Positions 11,201 through 23,042 of a stretch of 64,000 nt of DNA are shown one piece after another (positions within the stretch are counted from its first letter, which is position 1; every line of letters begins with the position of its first letter). The DNA comes from Amphiscolops sp. MND2022 (lineage: Eukaryota). A program made the translations under genes and the position numbers. The stretch lies in assembly GCA_964187785.1 (NCBI GenBank), contig OZ076409.1, positions 96,784,001-96,848,000 of the forward strand. Direction: 5' to 3'. The notes beneath the pieces were generated by a model. It worked only from the letters and a program-made list of their open reading frames with translations, was not told the origin of the DNA and searched no databases.

Positions 11201-13441
11201 TTATGGGAAACGACGCTACCAACTCTAGTTTCAACGGACAATAGATCGGTAACAAGGTTTTTCCAAACAAAGACAACGCCACCTGCGCTCTGGAATGCTT
11301 GTGACTACGTACTACAATTCAAATTCCGTATCATGCATGTAGCCGGGTCACAAAACACAGCTGCAGATTTCCTGTCTCGCCTAGAATTAACGCCAAAAGA
11401 AAAAGTTCAGCTCAAGTTACGAGACGACATCATAACGGCACCCATTGAAGTCAACCTACAGTCCACAGATGTTGCTGATGAAGAACATTTTTTTTTCCTA
11501 CCAGATGAAGAAGAAGAATCAGAACAGGACACATTTGCAAGAAAAGCTCTTAGCAAACAACGAGCAGTGGACGAAAAAGAACAACAAAACTTATCCACCG
11601 AAATAACAGAAGCAGTCCACATACCGCTCAATACAGCAGTCTACGCATTCGGAGCAATCAAAGAAAACGCCCGAATACGCAACGAACAAGATGCAGACCC
11701 AATCTTGAAAGCACTAAAGCTACGTCTACTCCACGAAGAATATGACAAACATCTCCTCAAAACTGAACCAAGAGAGAGAAACTTGCTACGCCACGAAGAA
11801 AGAATAATAGTCAAAGATGGAGTTCTCATGCGCAAATACTACGGGGAAGATGGCACAATCACGCATCATCAAATCCTCATACCAAAACACATAGTCCCCG
11901 AGCTCCTATCAACTCTACACGGGAAAACCAACAAACATCCAGGAATAACAAAAATGATCCAAGAAAGCCGAACAAAATACTATTACCCGGGACTCGCACG
12001 GAAAATCAGAGCTTGGGTAATCAACTGCCCTGACTGCATAGCCAACAAACGGATTGACACGAGACAAATACGCCCTAAAATGCTAAGCAACGCGGAATTT
12101 ACCTTCGGCCCAGAGGATTGCTTAGAAGTCGACATTCTACCAAATTTGCCTTCATCTTATGGATACAGGCACATCATAACAATGATGGACGTTTTCTCTC
12201 GATACCTCTTCGCATACCCTACGCAGGACATGACAGCCAGAACAGTAGGCCGATGCATAATTGACGTAATGACACGTCATTGTTACCTGCCTACAATAAT
12301 CCTCACCGACAAAGGATCACAATTCCGATCAGATGTCGTAAACCAGATAGCACAAACTCTCGACATACGGATTAGTCACGCATCAACGAAACACGCACAA
12401 ACGATTGGAATACTTGAGAGAACGCACGCATCACTAAAAACGTCCTTAAAAATATCAACGGGAGAACGACGTTCAATGTGGCATAAATATGTACAAATTG
12501 CAGTAATGAACTACAACACAAGCTACCATGAAAGCCTAGGCTGCGAACCGACAACAGTATTCCACGGACGCATCCCGTACAACATTCTGGATATTAAACT
12601 GGGACTCAAGCCAGAATGGAAAAAAGACGCTAACGAAGACCTAACGGACGAATTACAAAAGCAAATCGCTGAAATCCACCAGTCAGCCAAGGACAACCTC
12701 ATGCAATCATATTTGAAGTATAAGCGATATTATGATAAAAAAGCGACAGCAACGCCATTGAAAATCAATGACTATTGCTACGTCCTGAACCCGAAGGCTG
12801 ATAACCAGTCAATTAAATTCGCTTTCAAAGATTGCATTTGGACAGGACCATATATAGTGGTCAAAGTCCTTTCCAATAACAATTACGTCGTAAGACGGAC
12901 GGGAACCAGATATACGCAAACCCTCCATAGAATTCGCCTAAGGCTATACGCGCCCAATCAGCGAGTACCTGACGTAACAGTCAAAGTGGAAGATCAGCTT
13001 CCAGATCCCGAGGTTAAAACAACCCATGATGATTGGTACGCGCAAGCTTGGGAAACCGAATTCGGAGAAGTTCTGTTCGGAACCCCAACGGAAAACGACA
13101 ATGAAGAAGCTACTATCACGGAAGTACAAACTGAAGACGGAGATACAACGGACCATGAAACAGTTACAACAACTGCAGATGAGAATACAATGATGGATAA
13201 AACATCCTCCGGAGATAACACGTCATTCAACTTAGACGTCAGTGATAACCCTTTCATAATGACCCCGCCGCCTACAGAAAGTCCCCCAATACCGCCTACA
13301 TTGCCGCCTATAGTTGTCGGATACAATCCTAGAAAAACGGGAAGATATAACCTACGACCTAATCCTAGACCTAATGCACATCCTGATTTTCGGATGCTAG
13401 ACGCTATCACTACGGAAGAAAGCTCCCAAATTCAAAACTAA
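8231..13441 (+). CDS. pol: Pol polyprotein (spacer-PR-RT-RNaseH-IN) with one in-frame TAA at 9041-9043
   Basis: ORFs 8321-9043 and 9182-13441 share a frame and 9044-9181 is open; LVDSGA protease, YVDD RT, TDAS RNase H, H..H/CPDC zinc finger, TDKGSQF and ERTH integrase core, WTGPY motif. Confidence 0.95.
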
Positions 13442-13608
13442 ATAAAAACAATCGATGAACCAAACCGAACCGGAATGGCTACGTCAATTCACCTCCGATA
13501 TCTAATAGCAACTACATTAGAAACATAAAAATAACAGAAAACTGGCTGCTACAAAGTATAAATGCAGTAAAACCAAAAGTCTCGAATAAAATCTAAACAA
13601 CGTCAACA

Positions 13609-16600
13609 TCAGTTTATCTTATGGAATATACTGGGATCACTCTTCGTTTTATTCTTCCCTTTCTGGACATTGCCTTTTCCAGAACTCTTACTGGTAGTCG
13701 GCGACACCTTTTTCGCAATCGCCACTGGCAGTGTTTCTCCTTTTTGCGTCTTAGATCCACTGCTCACGAGACTTCCCTCCCTTGACGAACATGATCCGCG
13801 ATCCACTTGTGAAAAACGATTAGCACGATTGCACTCAACATAATGACTCTCGCCAGCTTTGCGTCGCCCATCCAAGAACTGCTTGTATACAACACCCACA
13901 TCAGCAATAAATTTCTCATAAGCAGGATCACAAACACCGGCCCACAAATTATAATTTGGCGCCACAAAAAACACCCCAGAAGTTGCGATCGCATCTCGGA
14001 CTGCATCCAGCGTAGGATTGGTAAAGAAGGCCTTAAGGGAATATCCAGAACTTAGTACATATGACTGAACCAAACGAAGACTTCGATGAAAATCTATCCG
14101 GCTAAGAGCGCTACCGGATAAATCAAACTCAACAGCAGGAAGATCACTACGAGGGAGCTCAATCACCAAACAGCACAGTTTGAATACACGGAATACGCGA
14201 TGACGGGCTTGAAACGCAAAATCATTCAATAAGAACTCCATAATATTTGTGATATCACTAGCAGATCGGGTACTATCAACGTGTTGTCGCCGTTTCTCAG
14301 CAACATAACTGGCGAACTCTTCGACAGCAGCTTTGGACACATCTAAAGGCAGCATTCCGCAACCCACGTACAAACGGCAGAGATCAGCGAACAAAGTAAA
14401 AACACAAGTATTGTCACCTTCAAACAAGATTTCGGAGCAGAAACTTGACAGCCCCCGAGAAACCCCGGACGTAACGCTCCCGTGCTGCAAGACCATAACA
14501 ATAAGCTGATCCAAGAATTCCTTACACTTCACCCGATACTCCCGTGATTCGCTCGTCTTCCCAGCCGCAAGATCTTTGCCCAAATCGTAACTGCTCAAGA
14601 AGCAATCTATAGAAACGGAAGGAAACCGTTCCACACTCTCCACACTCATGTACTCTTCCCATTGATGGATACTGGGCAACGCATTGATTTCACGAGTCTT
14701 CATTAGCAAGCAATACACAAAGTTGCAGACTTCTCCAAAACAATGAAAATCGTAGTCATAACGTCTCTGCTGCGCCTTCACGAAGTTCACGTAAACTAAA
14801 CGAAAATAATAATGATACAGCAGTTATCAAACTCAGAAACATCTCAGAATCACAAACAAAGAACAGAAAGATCAAACGAGAAGCAAACGGAAATCAATCA
14901 TCGACGAACTCACAAACACGATTCGCGTTCAAACAACCATCAAAGTGTTACTTACACATATCGAGAACCAAACGTAGCAGCCCGAACCGATGAATCATCA
15001 TCTTATCGGAAACGACGTACAATTCAGTACCGCGCATCTAAAAGACACAACAACAGGAATCAACACCACTCGATATGATATAACAAAAGAACACAAGGGA
15101 ATGTACTAACACGATCTGCTTTCTCTTTGGCATAGGGTAGCCCAGTACAACGGATATACGGTCGTATTATATGCCACAACTCAGTCAAGTCCGTCAACAG
15201 CTGGCGAAGTTCCCAAAAATTGACGCATCCATTACGGATACACTTGCGGAGCAGGGGCTTACCCTCAGTCCAATCTTCATACACAGCGCTTTTCATCCTT
15301 TGAACGATGAACTCAACCAACGTGACAATCTCTACCATGCCAAAAACATCTTGGTGAGCACGCTGAAAGCATTCCAGGAACACCTCTTCTGTAAAACGCT
15401 GATACACAACAAAACGACGAGAATCGTCACGTCTGTCGCCCAACACTCGCATTAAAGACGGACTGGCACCACGAACCACCATAGGCAACCGTCGCGACTC
15501 CAACCCGAAAAATAAACGTGCGATGGGTTTCAATTCAGCGTTAGGCAATTCCTCATCCAGTGAGTGTATGTCCACACAAATTTTCTTCAGCTTGTCTTCG
15601 TCCCAATAAACGATGAAACAATACTCCACTTGACTGTCTTTCTCGAACTGAAGGGAATACTCTGACTCACCAGTCACTCTGCTCACTACCAAACGGAGGG
15701 CCCGCGGAGCAACTCCTTGGCAAAGGAAAGACTGAAACAAATACAGACTATACTCACCGGTGAAAGATACAACAAACCCAGCCCCCTCCCCCGATAAAGA
15801 AAAATGGTGCCAAAAAGTCATACAAATGTACACCCCCAGACACGCATATATATCTCTATTCTTATCAAAAACAGACAAAAGTTGCAAGTACGTCAAATAA
15901 CACACCTATCCATACCAACAACTATACTAACAACAGTCTCAGATCGACTCCACTCGAACGAGAAATCTGGCTGCCGTTCACCCAACGTTGCACGGAAGTA
16001 ACCCCACAACCGGCGTACCAGATTGAAATCGCCACCACTGCGAAGAAAGTCACAGAGAGAAGCCACCAGAGTCATGTAAGGCACCTTCGATTCAATGCGC
16101 GCCCGCTTTGGCACCAAATCCTCAGGGAATGGAAAACCCTCACCGAGATCTTCAAATGGGCGTGAACGGAAATCCGCAAGTTGAGCGGCAGACAAAGTCA
16201 TTGGCTCCATTAGACGATTGTAGATCGGGAGCACCATGTGTACACGGTACGTCACATCGCGGTTCCAATGCCCAGGAGAATAAAAATGCCGCCCGAACTC
16301 TCCAGAACCATGAGCTTTCATGGCGACATCTCTTTTGCACACTTTGCAAAAGAAATGAGTTCCACGTCCATTCTTCGGGCCACTGACAAAATCTTGAAAC
16401 AGAGGGTTCAGCCCCAGCATCCGCTTATGCAAATAGTTTCGGCTGCTGTACTTTTTCGTCTTAGGGCCACTGAGCTTCCCGCCTACCTTCTCAGTCAACT
16501 CTTCGAAACCTAAATAAAAACATACTTTACACCATGGTGGCAAAAGTTAATGATCAACGCTCAATAACACAACGCACAACAAACGGAGGACAAACAAAAA

Positions 16601-17613
16601 AATGCGACAGACCCAAAAAGCGACAAGATCCAAATACAATGCAAGTACATACCGCTTTGAATAGTCTTTGCAGCCCGACTGTCAATCTCGTCCACAAGTT
16701 GCTGGCCCAGTCGGAACATATCCTGCGGACTCAACGAAATACCTCCGGAGCCACCTGGTAGATCATCTAAACCTAAGACAAAACATAACACGATGATCAT
16801 ACCCAGAAAACAACGAACAAACAAACGACCAATGCGATCAAAGAAAACAAAAACTAATTACTCCACCCTCCCATAGGTGCCGCTGAAGAGGAAGGCAGCG
16901 ACACTTTCTTGCCTCGTTTGGGTGTCGGTGCAAAATTCACAACAGTCCGTCGAGGAGTATTTTTCTTTGAAGCTACAACATGAACATTCACGTTGTGCTT
17001 ACAGTGAAAGCAACGATCTGATATGAAAAAGAAAAGGCCTGAACTAACCAGTCCCTTTTTCTGGAGAGGGGGATCAGTCTCACTTTCATGAGACTCATCT
17101 GAAGGGTGTTGCTGACACTGAGTAACAGAGAAGCACTCAAGCTCAGGAGAAACCGCTATGGCACCGGACTCGACAACAGAAGGTCCCTCAACAGGCAACT
17201 CTGTATCAACTCCGCCGGTAACAAGCTCTACAATCCCTGCAGTACAGGAAGAAGAAGCCTCTGGCTGCAAAATGAAGGATAGAGACGGTAGTTGAACGGT
17301 TTGTGCAGAAGGAGGAGCATCCAGAAGACCACCGGCATTGCTGGCAACTACTACAGGTTGAGTTACTGAAAAATCAAGATCTGGTTTGACGCGTCAGAGT
17401 TACGGGTAAGACTAAAAAGGCTGATCACCAAAACAATAGTCCGAATACCCATGGAAGTCAGAAAGATTTTTACCAACCTGATTCTGTCCGTCTACATTCC
17501 GTACCTGAGGCAATAATATCGTCCTCGGACCAATTATAAGTGGTATCATGACCACTTTGGAACCCTGAAACTGGAGCAGGAATGAGCGGGGGAAGATCGA
17601 AATCCTCTTCCAT
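13609..17613 (-). CDS. Spliced antisense cargo gene, hAT-transposase-derived, about 1066 aa. Exons 17613-17505, 17365-16862, 16772-16653, 16509-15932, 15731-15111, 15037-14956, 14795-13609
   Basis: Six GT-AG introns (139, 89, 143, 200, 73, 160 nt) with matching phases give a 3201-nt stop-free CDS; zinc finger CKVCKRDVAMKAHGSGEFGRHFYSPGH; SFLCQGVAP, IVYWDED, LWHIIRPYI and FKLCCLV...AVEFDLS motifs. The last four introns are firmer than the first two. Confidence 0.8.
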
Positions 17614-17839
17614 CAATCAATGACAATCTAAAAAGGAAAGAAGAACTAAGGAAAACCCATAGAAGAAAAACCAAGGCTAAAAGAAAACGTTCCTATAACG
17701 TAAACATCCTAAAAATCAGAAATATCCTGTGAACACGAAACAAAATTATCAATAGTCCATTCCATTACCGATGGAACCATAAAAATCCTTGAAGATCCTG
17801 AAGCCAAATTTAAAATAGGCAAGAAAAGCCATCTCCAAG

Positions 17840-17892
17840 CTTATGACGTCATACGGATCACCTCCGGAAGAGAAGTTGATGACGTCATAAGC
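17840..17892. promoter_or_regulatory. Putative bidirectional promoter: two CRE/ATF palindromes flanking an ETS-like site
   Basis: ATGACGTCAT at 17843-17852 and 17879-17888 with CCGGAAG between; lies between divergent ATGs at 17613(-) and 18107(+). Confidence 0.5.
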
Positions 17893-18106
17893 AAGTTCAA
17901 AATGAGAAACTTTATTTCAATGGCTCAGCCAACCACCGCACAGATGGAAGTGAAACGCTTTCCGAAGATGAAACGAATTGATATAAAAAGAAAAATAACA
18001 GCCAATGAGAATGCAGGAAAATCACGAACGGAAGAAAGTTAACCTCTTCACTTGCCGCATTCTAAACGTAAAGATAAGTCAGCTTGTAATAATCAGAAAA
18101 TTTAAA

Positions 18107-18841
18107 ATGAATAACTACGACTTAGTTATCGACATCTCCTCCGATGAAGAAGAACGAGATAACAACGTGAGACAAAGCACCCCGATCAAAATACTTCCGC
18201 TTAATGTGATAACAACTCTGGATCTTTCCGGGTCTTCCTTGGAAGCTACTAAAGGCAGCACAGAAGAAATGATGTCATCTATTAATGACCTTAATTTGTC
18301 GAACATTTCGGCATCTACTTTTGAAACAATCGGCACGCCGAGAAAAATAACTTTCGGGACAACAAGCCCAGGAGAAGTGTTCACAGTAGAAGAGCAAGAC
18401 GTAGAAACTTCCAGGGAAAGTTATTTCGAAGAGCCGGAAACTCCACGCCAGCTGCCCCCACTACAACCAGCCCCAGTCTTACGAGATATAACGAACGAAG
18501 ACTCAACAGCGAGCGAGCCTCCTGCGAAGCTTGACCGCCTAGATGATCTGTCAGTGCCTACCGTGGAAGAAGTAGAAAACGCATATGGAATCAACCTACA
18601 AAACAGCCGAGAGTGCAGTCCGTTGTGCGGACGGGGAACACGCTATACTTCTACAAAGCTGGCAAGAGCGCGGAAGCAGCCTGTGCTGATAACCAGAGAA
18701 ATCCCGCACTGCCCCCGGCCTTGGTCAACAAATTATAGAGGTGCCCTGTCACGACCCGCTCCCGGTCGGGACTTTTCTTGCTGCGGGGGAATCCCGAAAT
18801 TCGACAGAGGACGAGGTCACGGGAGAACCACATATAGCTAA
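18107..18841 (+). CDS. Accessory ORF of unknown function (244 aa from ATG 18107; 278 aa from ATG 18005), acidic/Ser-Thr-rich, ending inside the 3' LTR
   Basis: Intact ORF; aaaATG context like gag; N-terminal LVIDISSDEEE; last 95 nt overlap the LTR. Confidence 0.65.
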   Translation: MNNYDLVIDISSDEEERDNNVRQSTPIKILPLNVITTLDLSGSSLEATKGSTEEMMSSINDLNLSNISASTFETIGTPRKITFGTTSPGEVFTVEEQDVETSRESYFEEPETPRQLPPLQPAPVLRDITNEDSTASEPPAKLDRLDDLSVPTVEEVENAYGINLQNSRECSPLCGRGTRYTSTKLARARKQPVLITREIPHCPRPWSTNYRGALSRPAPGRDFSCCGGIPKFDRGRGHGRTTYS

Positions 18842-20862
18842 GTAAACTTTAACTCTAACCTTTGCTTAAGCTGTGGCACAAACCGATATTAAAACAAAAG
18901 GAATTTTAATCTAACGGAAGCGTTACGTAAAATATCTAAAAATGATTTTTAGACAAACGGGACTTCCGGTATAAAGTTTTCATGCACGACCGTTTTATTA
19001 CTTCCGGTTTCTCTGCTGAAAATTCCATACGAATCTAAACAACAAAACGAATACATTCTTAACTCTGGGATCATTTTCTCTTTTCCACACTAAAACGAAA
19101 ACATTAAAAATATTATCTAACTCCGCGATCCCAACGGAGCTCATACAATCTAAAATGAAAAGAACACAAAAATAGTACAATGGAATTGTTTCCAAAAGGT
19201 GAAGTAATTGTGAAAACCCACTTAAATTACTGCCAAGTGATTTGAGTAGGCTTTTACAACGGTATGGCAGCGTCGTTCAAATAAGCAAAATACTGGTATT
19301 TCTAAATTTACGGACCAATAGCCTCACAGCGGAACCAGCATATTTGCGCCTGAGCTAGTAAAGAATCACTCTAGTAACGTCATTAAGAATGAATTTAAAG
19401 ATGGCGAATTACTCCGTCTTAGCGCCGCTGGTAGGCGAGAAAGCTATACCTAATCTTAATACGTACGGAGCGCTTACGGAGCAAATTGTAAAGTGAGAAA
19501 GCTATACCTAATCTTAATACGTACGGAGCGCTTACGGAGCAAATTGTAAATCAATAAAACTATACCTTATGTTATTACATGTAAAAAGGCAATGAAAAAG
19601 CTAGAAAGAAGAAACTATTCTAATACACCGAAATGTTCCTTATGCCATGTAGAATTGTATCAGAGTGTTCAAAAGGTCGTGATGCTTAAAAATTAATCCT
19701 CCAAACTCCATACTTCGTGACTGATCGGAATGTTTGTGCTATAGGTTAAGACTGGGAAAAGTCCAAGTTAAAACAATGCGTAATTAAAGAGGTGCTTTCT
19801 TTTCTTATAGGAAAGTGTTCGAATATGTTTGCTGTTTTGATACATTATGATTATTACACTGGTCGATGTCATTGCTACATGTAAGATTGATTGAAAACGA
19901 TATAATATCGTGATGTTTTAATTCATGATTTATGTTATTCATTTTCCAGCATCATTTGTTCCTTTCCAAACATCTTAGTACGTTAATCCAAAATTCCTCC
20001 GAGATATTCCCGTAAACATTTTTGCTTGTCATTCTTTTACCGCGAACTGAGAATTTTGTCACTCGAGAATTGAATCATTGTTCACGCCTGCGTGCTTTCC
20101 ACGATGAAAATGCAACTAGACGTTTATTTTGCCGCCTTTTCGCGACCAAACCGGAAATGATGTAAATGAACAAAAATGATTTCAACAAGTACTCCGTAAG
20201 GGAGTCGGAACTAGGAATTTTAAATTATGAACAATTAATCTAAGGACTGAAATAATAAGGATGATTAAGCACTTTTGATGAACAAAACTGATTTTAAGGA
20301 TTCCTAGGAATTTTTAGGTGAGGAACAAATGATGCTGTGAAAGTATATATACCTAAGGATTTGTAAATCTGGTTAATCTGTTTCCTAATCTACTCCGTTA
20401 ATACTTCGTTTTGAAAACCATATTTTCTTTGAAGAATTCAAGTTTTCCAAAGAACAATCACTCTCTCGCTCTGCCTAAAAATGACTACTAGAAGTCAGAA
20501 GAGAAAAGCTGTTGAAGAACTAGTTTCTACCGAAATGGAGACCCCAATACCTGAGACTAACCAAAACCTAAATCCCGTAGCGGGAACGAGTAAATCTCCT
20601 AGAGTACTCGCTGAAAATCTAGAGGAAATCAAGTCTTCACTGAGGAAAGAGATCATGTCTGATCTTACTAAAATCTTAGCTGAAAATCAAAAGGAGATGC
20701 TAAAACTAATAGCTCCTCCTGTTAAAAAACAGACCGTCATAACTGCTACTGAAGAAACAGATTCTGAATCCGAAAATATCCCGGAAAATGCAACTTCAAC
20801 ACCAATCAAAAATAAAACCACTGCGACTAATCGTAAAATTACTCCGGTGAATAGTCGTAACA
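18747..20862 (+). repeat. 3' LTR (2116 bp)
   Basis: Direct repeat of 5091-7203, followed by TSD TCCCG. Confidence 0.97.
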
Positions 20863-20891
20863 TCCCGTCTTGTTCATTTTGGCAGAATTAA
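20481..20891 (+). pseudogene. Duplicate gag N-terminus in the 3' LTR, reading out into the flank
   Basis: Identical to Gag residues 1-127 except one K/M change; stops 29 nt past the LTR end. Confidence 0.9.
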
Positions 20892-23042
20892 TTCCAGAAT
20901 GCAATTGTCTAGTTGCTTCAACTGTGTACAGTTCATCTTTTTAACTTGCCCACACACAATTTGGGACCATGTTTCTTATTTCCCCTGGTACACATTGTTT
21001 CGGACCCCCCCAACGCAAAAGCGCATTTTATTCTCGAAAAATTCTTTTAGGGAAAAATATTTATGGTTACGAATGATAGAGGATTGTCTCTACATCTGTT
21101 TTGACACTTCCTGCAAAAAGTGTCACACCTTTTGACACTTTAATTTTTTTCATATTACTGTCCAAAATAGCAAAAATTCATGCCTGGAAGTAGTCAAAAT
21201 CGGTTAGAAAGGTCCCTGTTTTAATGCAAATTTTCTCCGCAGCAAAAAATGAACAATTTTTAACAGTGAATGAATGTAAAGGTTGTATTATGTCAACATC
21301 AATCAGTTTATAGGACCGATATATAAGCGCAAACTATTTCGACATAATAGTATTTGAACCTTGTTTCTTATTCCCCACACAGCTGCTTTGGGGAGATGAA
21401 AAACATGATCCAAAATAGACCCAACTACGAACCATGGATTTCTACAAAAACTTGTTTCTGTAGCTAAAGCCAAGAAATTTACAAAATACTGGGTGCGCTT
21501 AAACCGTTGGTACCACACTGCATTGGGGTTGAAATTAGTGTAGTGTCATTATTATTGTACCCTCTCAATAATAAAAAAGTTATTGAAAAAAACCAACACA
21601 CATTGAATGCATTCATTGTATTGATAGCAATGACAAAACCAGTTATCATTAACAAAAACATCAAAAGAGTTTCAGTTCGTGCATTGTTTGAAATACCTTT
21701 ATGAACTGTCTCTGGCACCCAGAAAGCCAGATTTTGGTTTAAAAACAACTGCGCATCTTTGTTTTTGCATTTTAACGAGAGAAGCAACTTTTAAGTTAGC
21801 TAAAATGTGGCCGTAAACTTATTCCATAGTTTCAGAGAACATGACAGATGTGAATCAGATGTTGAGCTGGCCAGAGATCAATCCAAAAGACCATCCCCCA
21901 ACGCTACCTTTCTTGGTCGTCCGGACTCGGATACCTAGATGCGAGAACAGGAGACTGTCCTCTGAATGAATCCCGATCAATGAGACCAATAATCCTGATA
22001 TCGCTCAACAAATACATCGTGCTATTGAAGAACCGGCTTTGCCATGAGTAGTAATGCAGCAGCTAGAAAAATCTTTACAGACAGCCATTCAAAAGTCAAG
22101 TAGTAGGTATCTTGTTGGTATCAAGGATGAAAACGGGATGAGAAATTCCAAACTAACTCAGAGTTAAAGATGTTATGTGAAGCTGAACGACTAGATATTT
22201 CTAATAGAAGAGACAAACTCGCATTTTCAACGCTAAAGAAGACAAGACGACAGTGAACGGCAAACAAACAAATGTGTGAAGATTCTGATGTAAAAATGCA
22301 AACGAATAACGTAACCGAAGATTGTTTTTCGGGAAAACGAAACGTCAAGCTGTTTCTCATTCACTGCCGAAGAAATTGAAGGGTCACCAGAACGTAGACT
22401 GATTATGAAAATGAAAAACTTCTGTTGAAAGCTTGTCCCTGGAATCCGCTCTTTTATGCTGTGTAATATTATGTGACCCCAGATTCCGGTACAGTGACTG
22501 CGGAATCCACTGTTGTCTAATGTAATAAGATTTGCCTCCAGAATCCACCAAAAATTCAATGTAAAGAGATTTGTCTCCGGAATCCAGGAAAAAATGCAAG
22601 CGGATTCCGCTGCACGTGTTATAAAGTGTGTCTTTGAAATCCGTAATTTAAAACAGCGGATTCCAGGTGTGGTAGGTGCTAGCAGTCAATTCCGCTGTTT
22701 TCAAAAAGTGTAGGGTTTTGCGTCGTAATGAACAGAGAAGATGGTAAAACAGAAGAAAAAATTGCTGCCTTAAAAAAATTTAAAAACGCATTTATTGAAA
22801 ATGTAACATCAATTGAATATTTTATTGAGGTCACATTTATTCATTTCCAACCCCAGAGTGCATTTCCCTTAAACAGCAGGTGAAGCAACTAGTTTTACAG
22901 CCTGTGATTAAAACCCAATTAAAACTGTTGATGGCAGGCCCCCAGTTTCTGATATCAGCCCCACCTATGGCCACAACGGTGTCTACGGCACACTTTGCAG
23001 CGGTCGAGGCTGCATCATAGGTGAGCTACCACCGGATGTATT

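Larger units (their letters stand above)
5091..20862 (+). mobile_element. Full-length Ty3/Gypsy LTR retrotransposon (15.8 kb) with extra cargo genes
   Basis: Two 2.1-kb direct repeats with termini TGTCACGAC...GTCGTAACA; TSD TCCCG at 5086-5090 and 20863-20867; internal gag and PR-RT-RH-IN pol order. Confidence 0.97.

Noticed and set aside
9244..13410. Short antisense ORFs within pol
   Set aside because: Shadow frames from the A/C-rich codon bias; no motifs or coherent splice pattern
15732..15931. Alternative 26-nt and 42-nt introns or N-terminal part of ORF 15060-15905
   Set aside because: The 200-nt intron keeps phase and restores the transposase-like motif; the shorter options are implausibly small
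13442..18000. Nested autonomous hAT transposon
   Set aside because: No TIRs or 8-bp TSD found by eye and catalytic motifs look degenerate; not fully excluded without other copies
13609..18841. Possible env gene
   Set aside because: No signal peptide, furin/fusion motif or transmembrane anchor; the main ORFs are antisense
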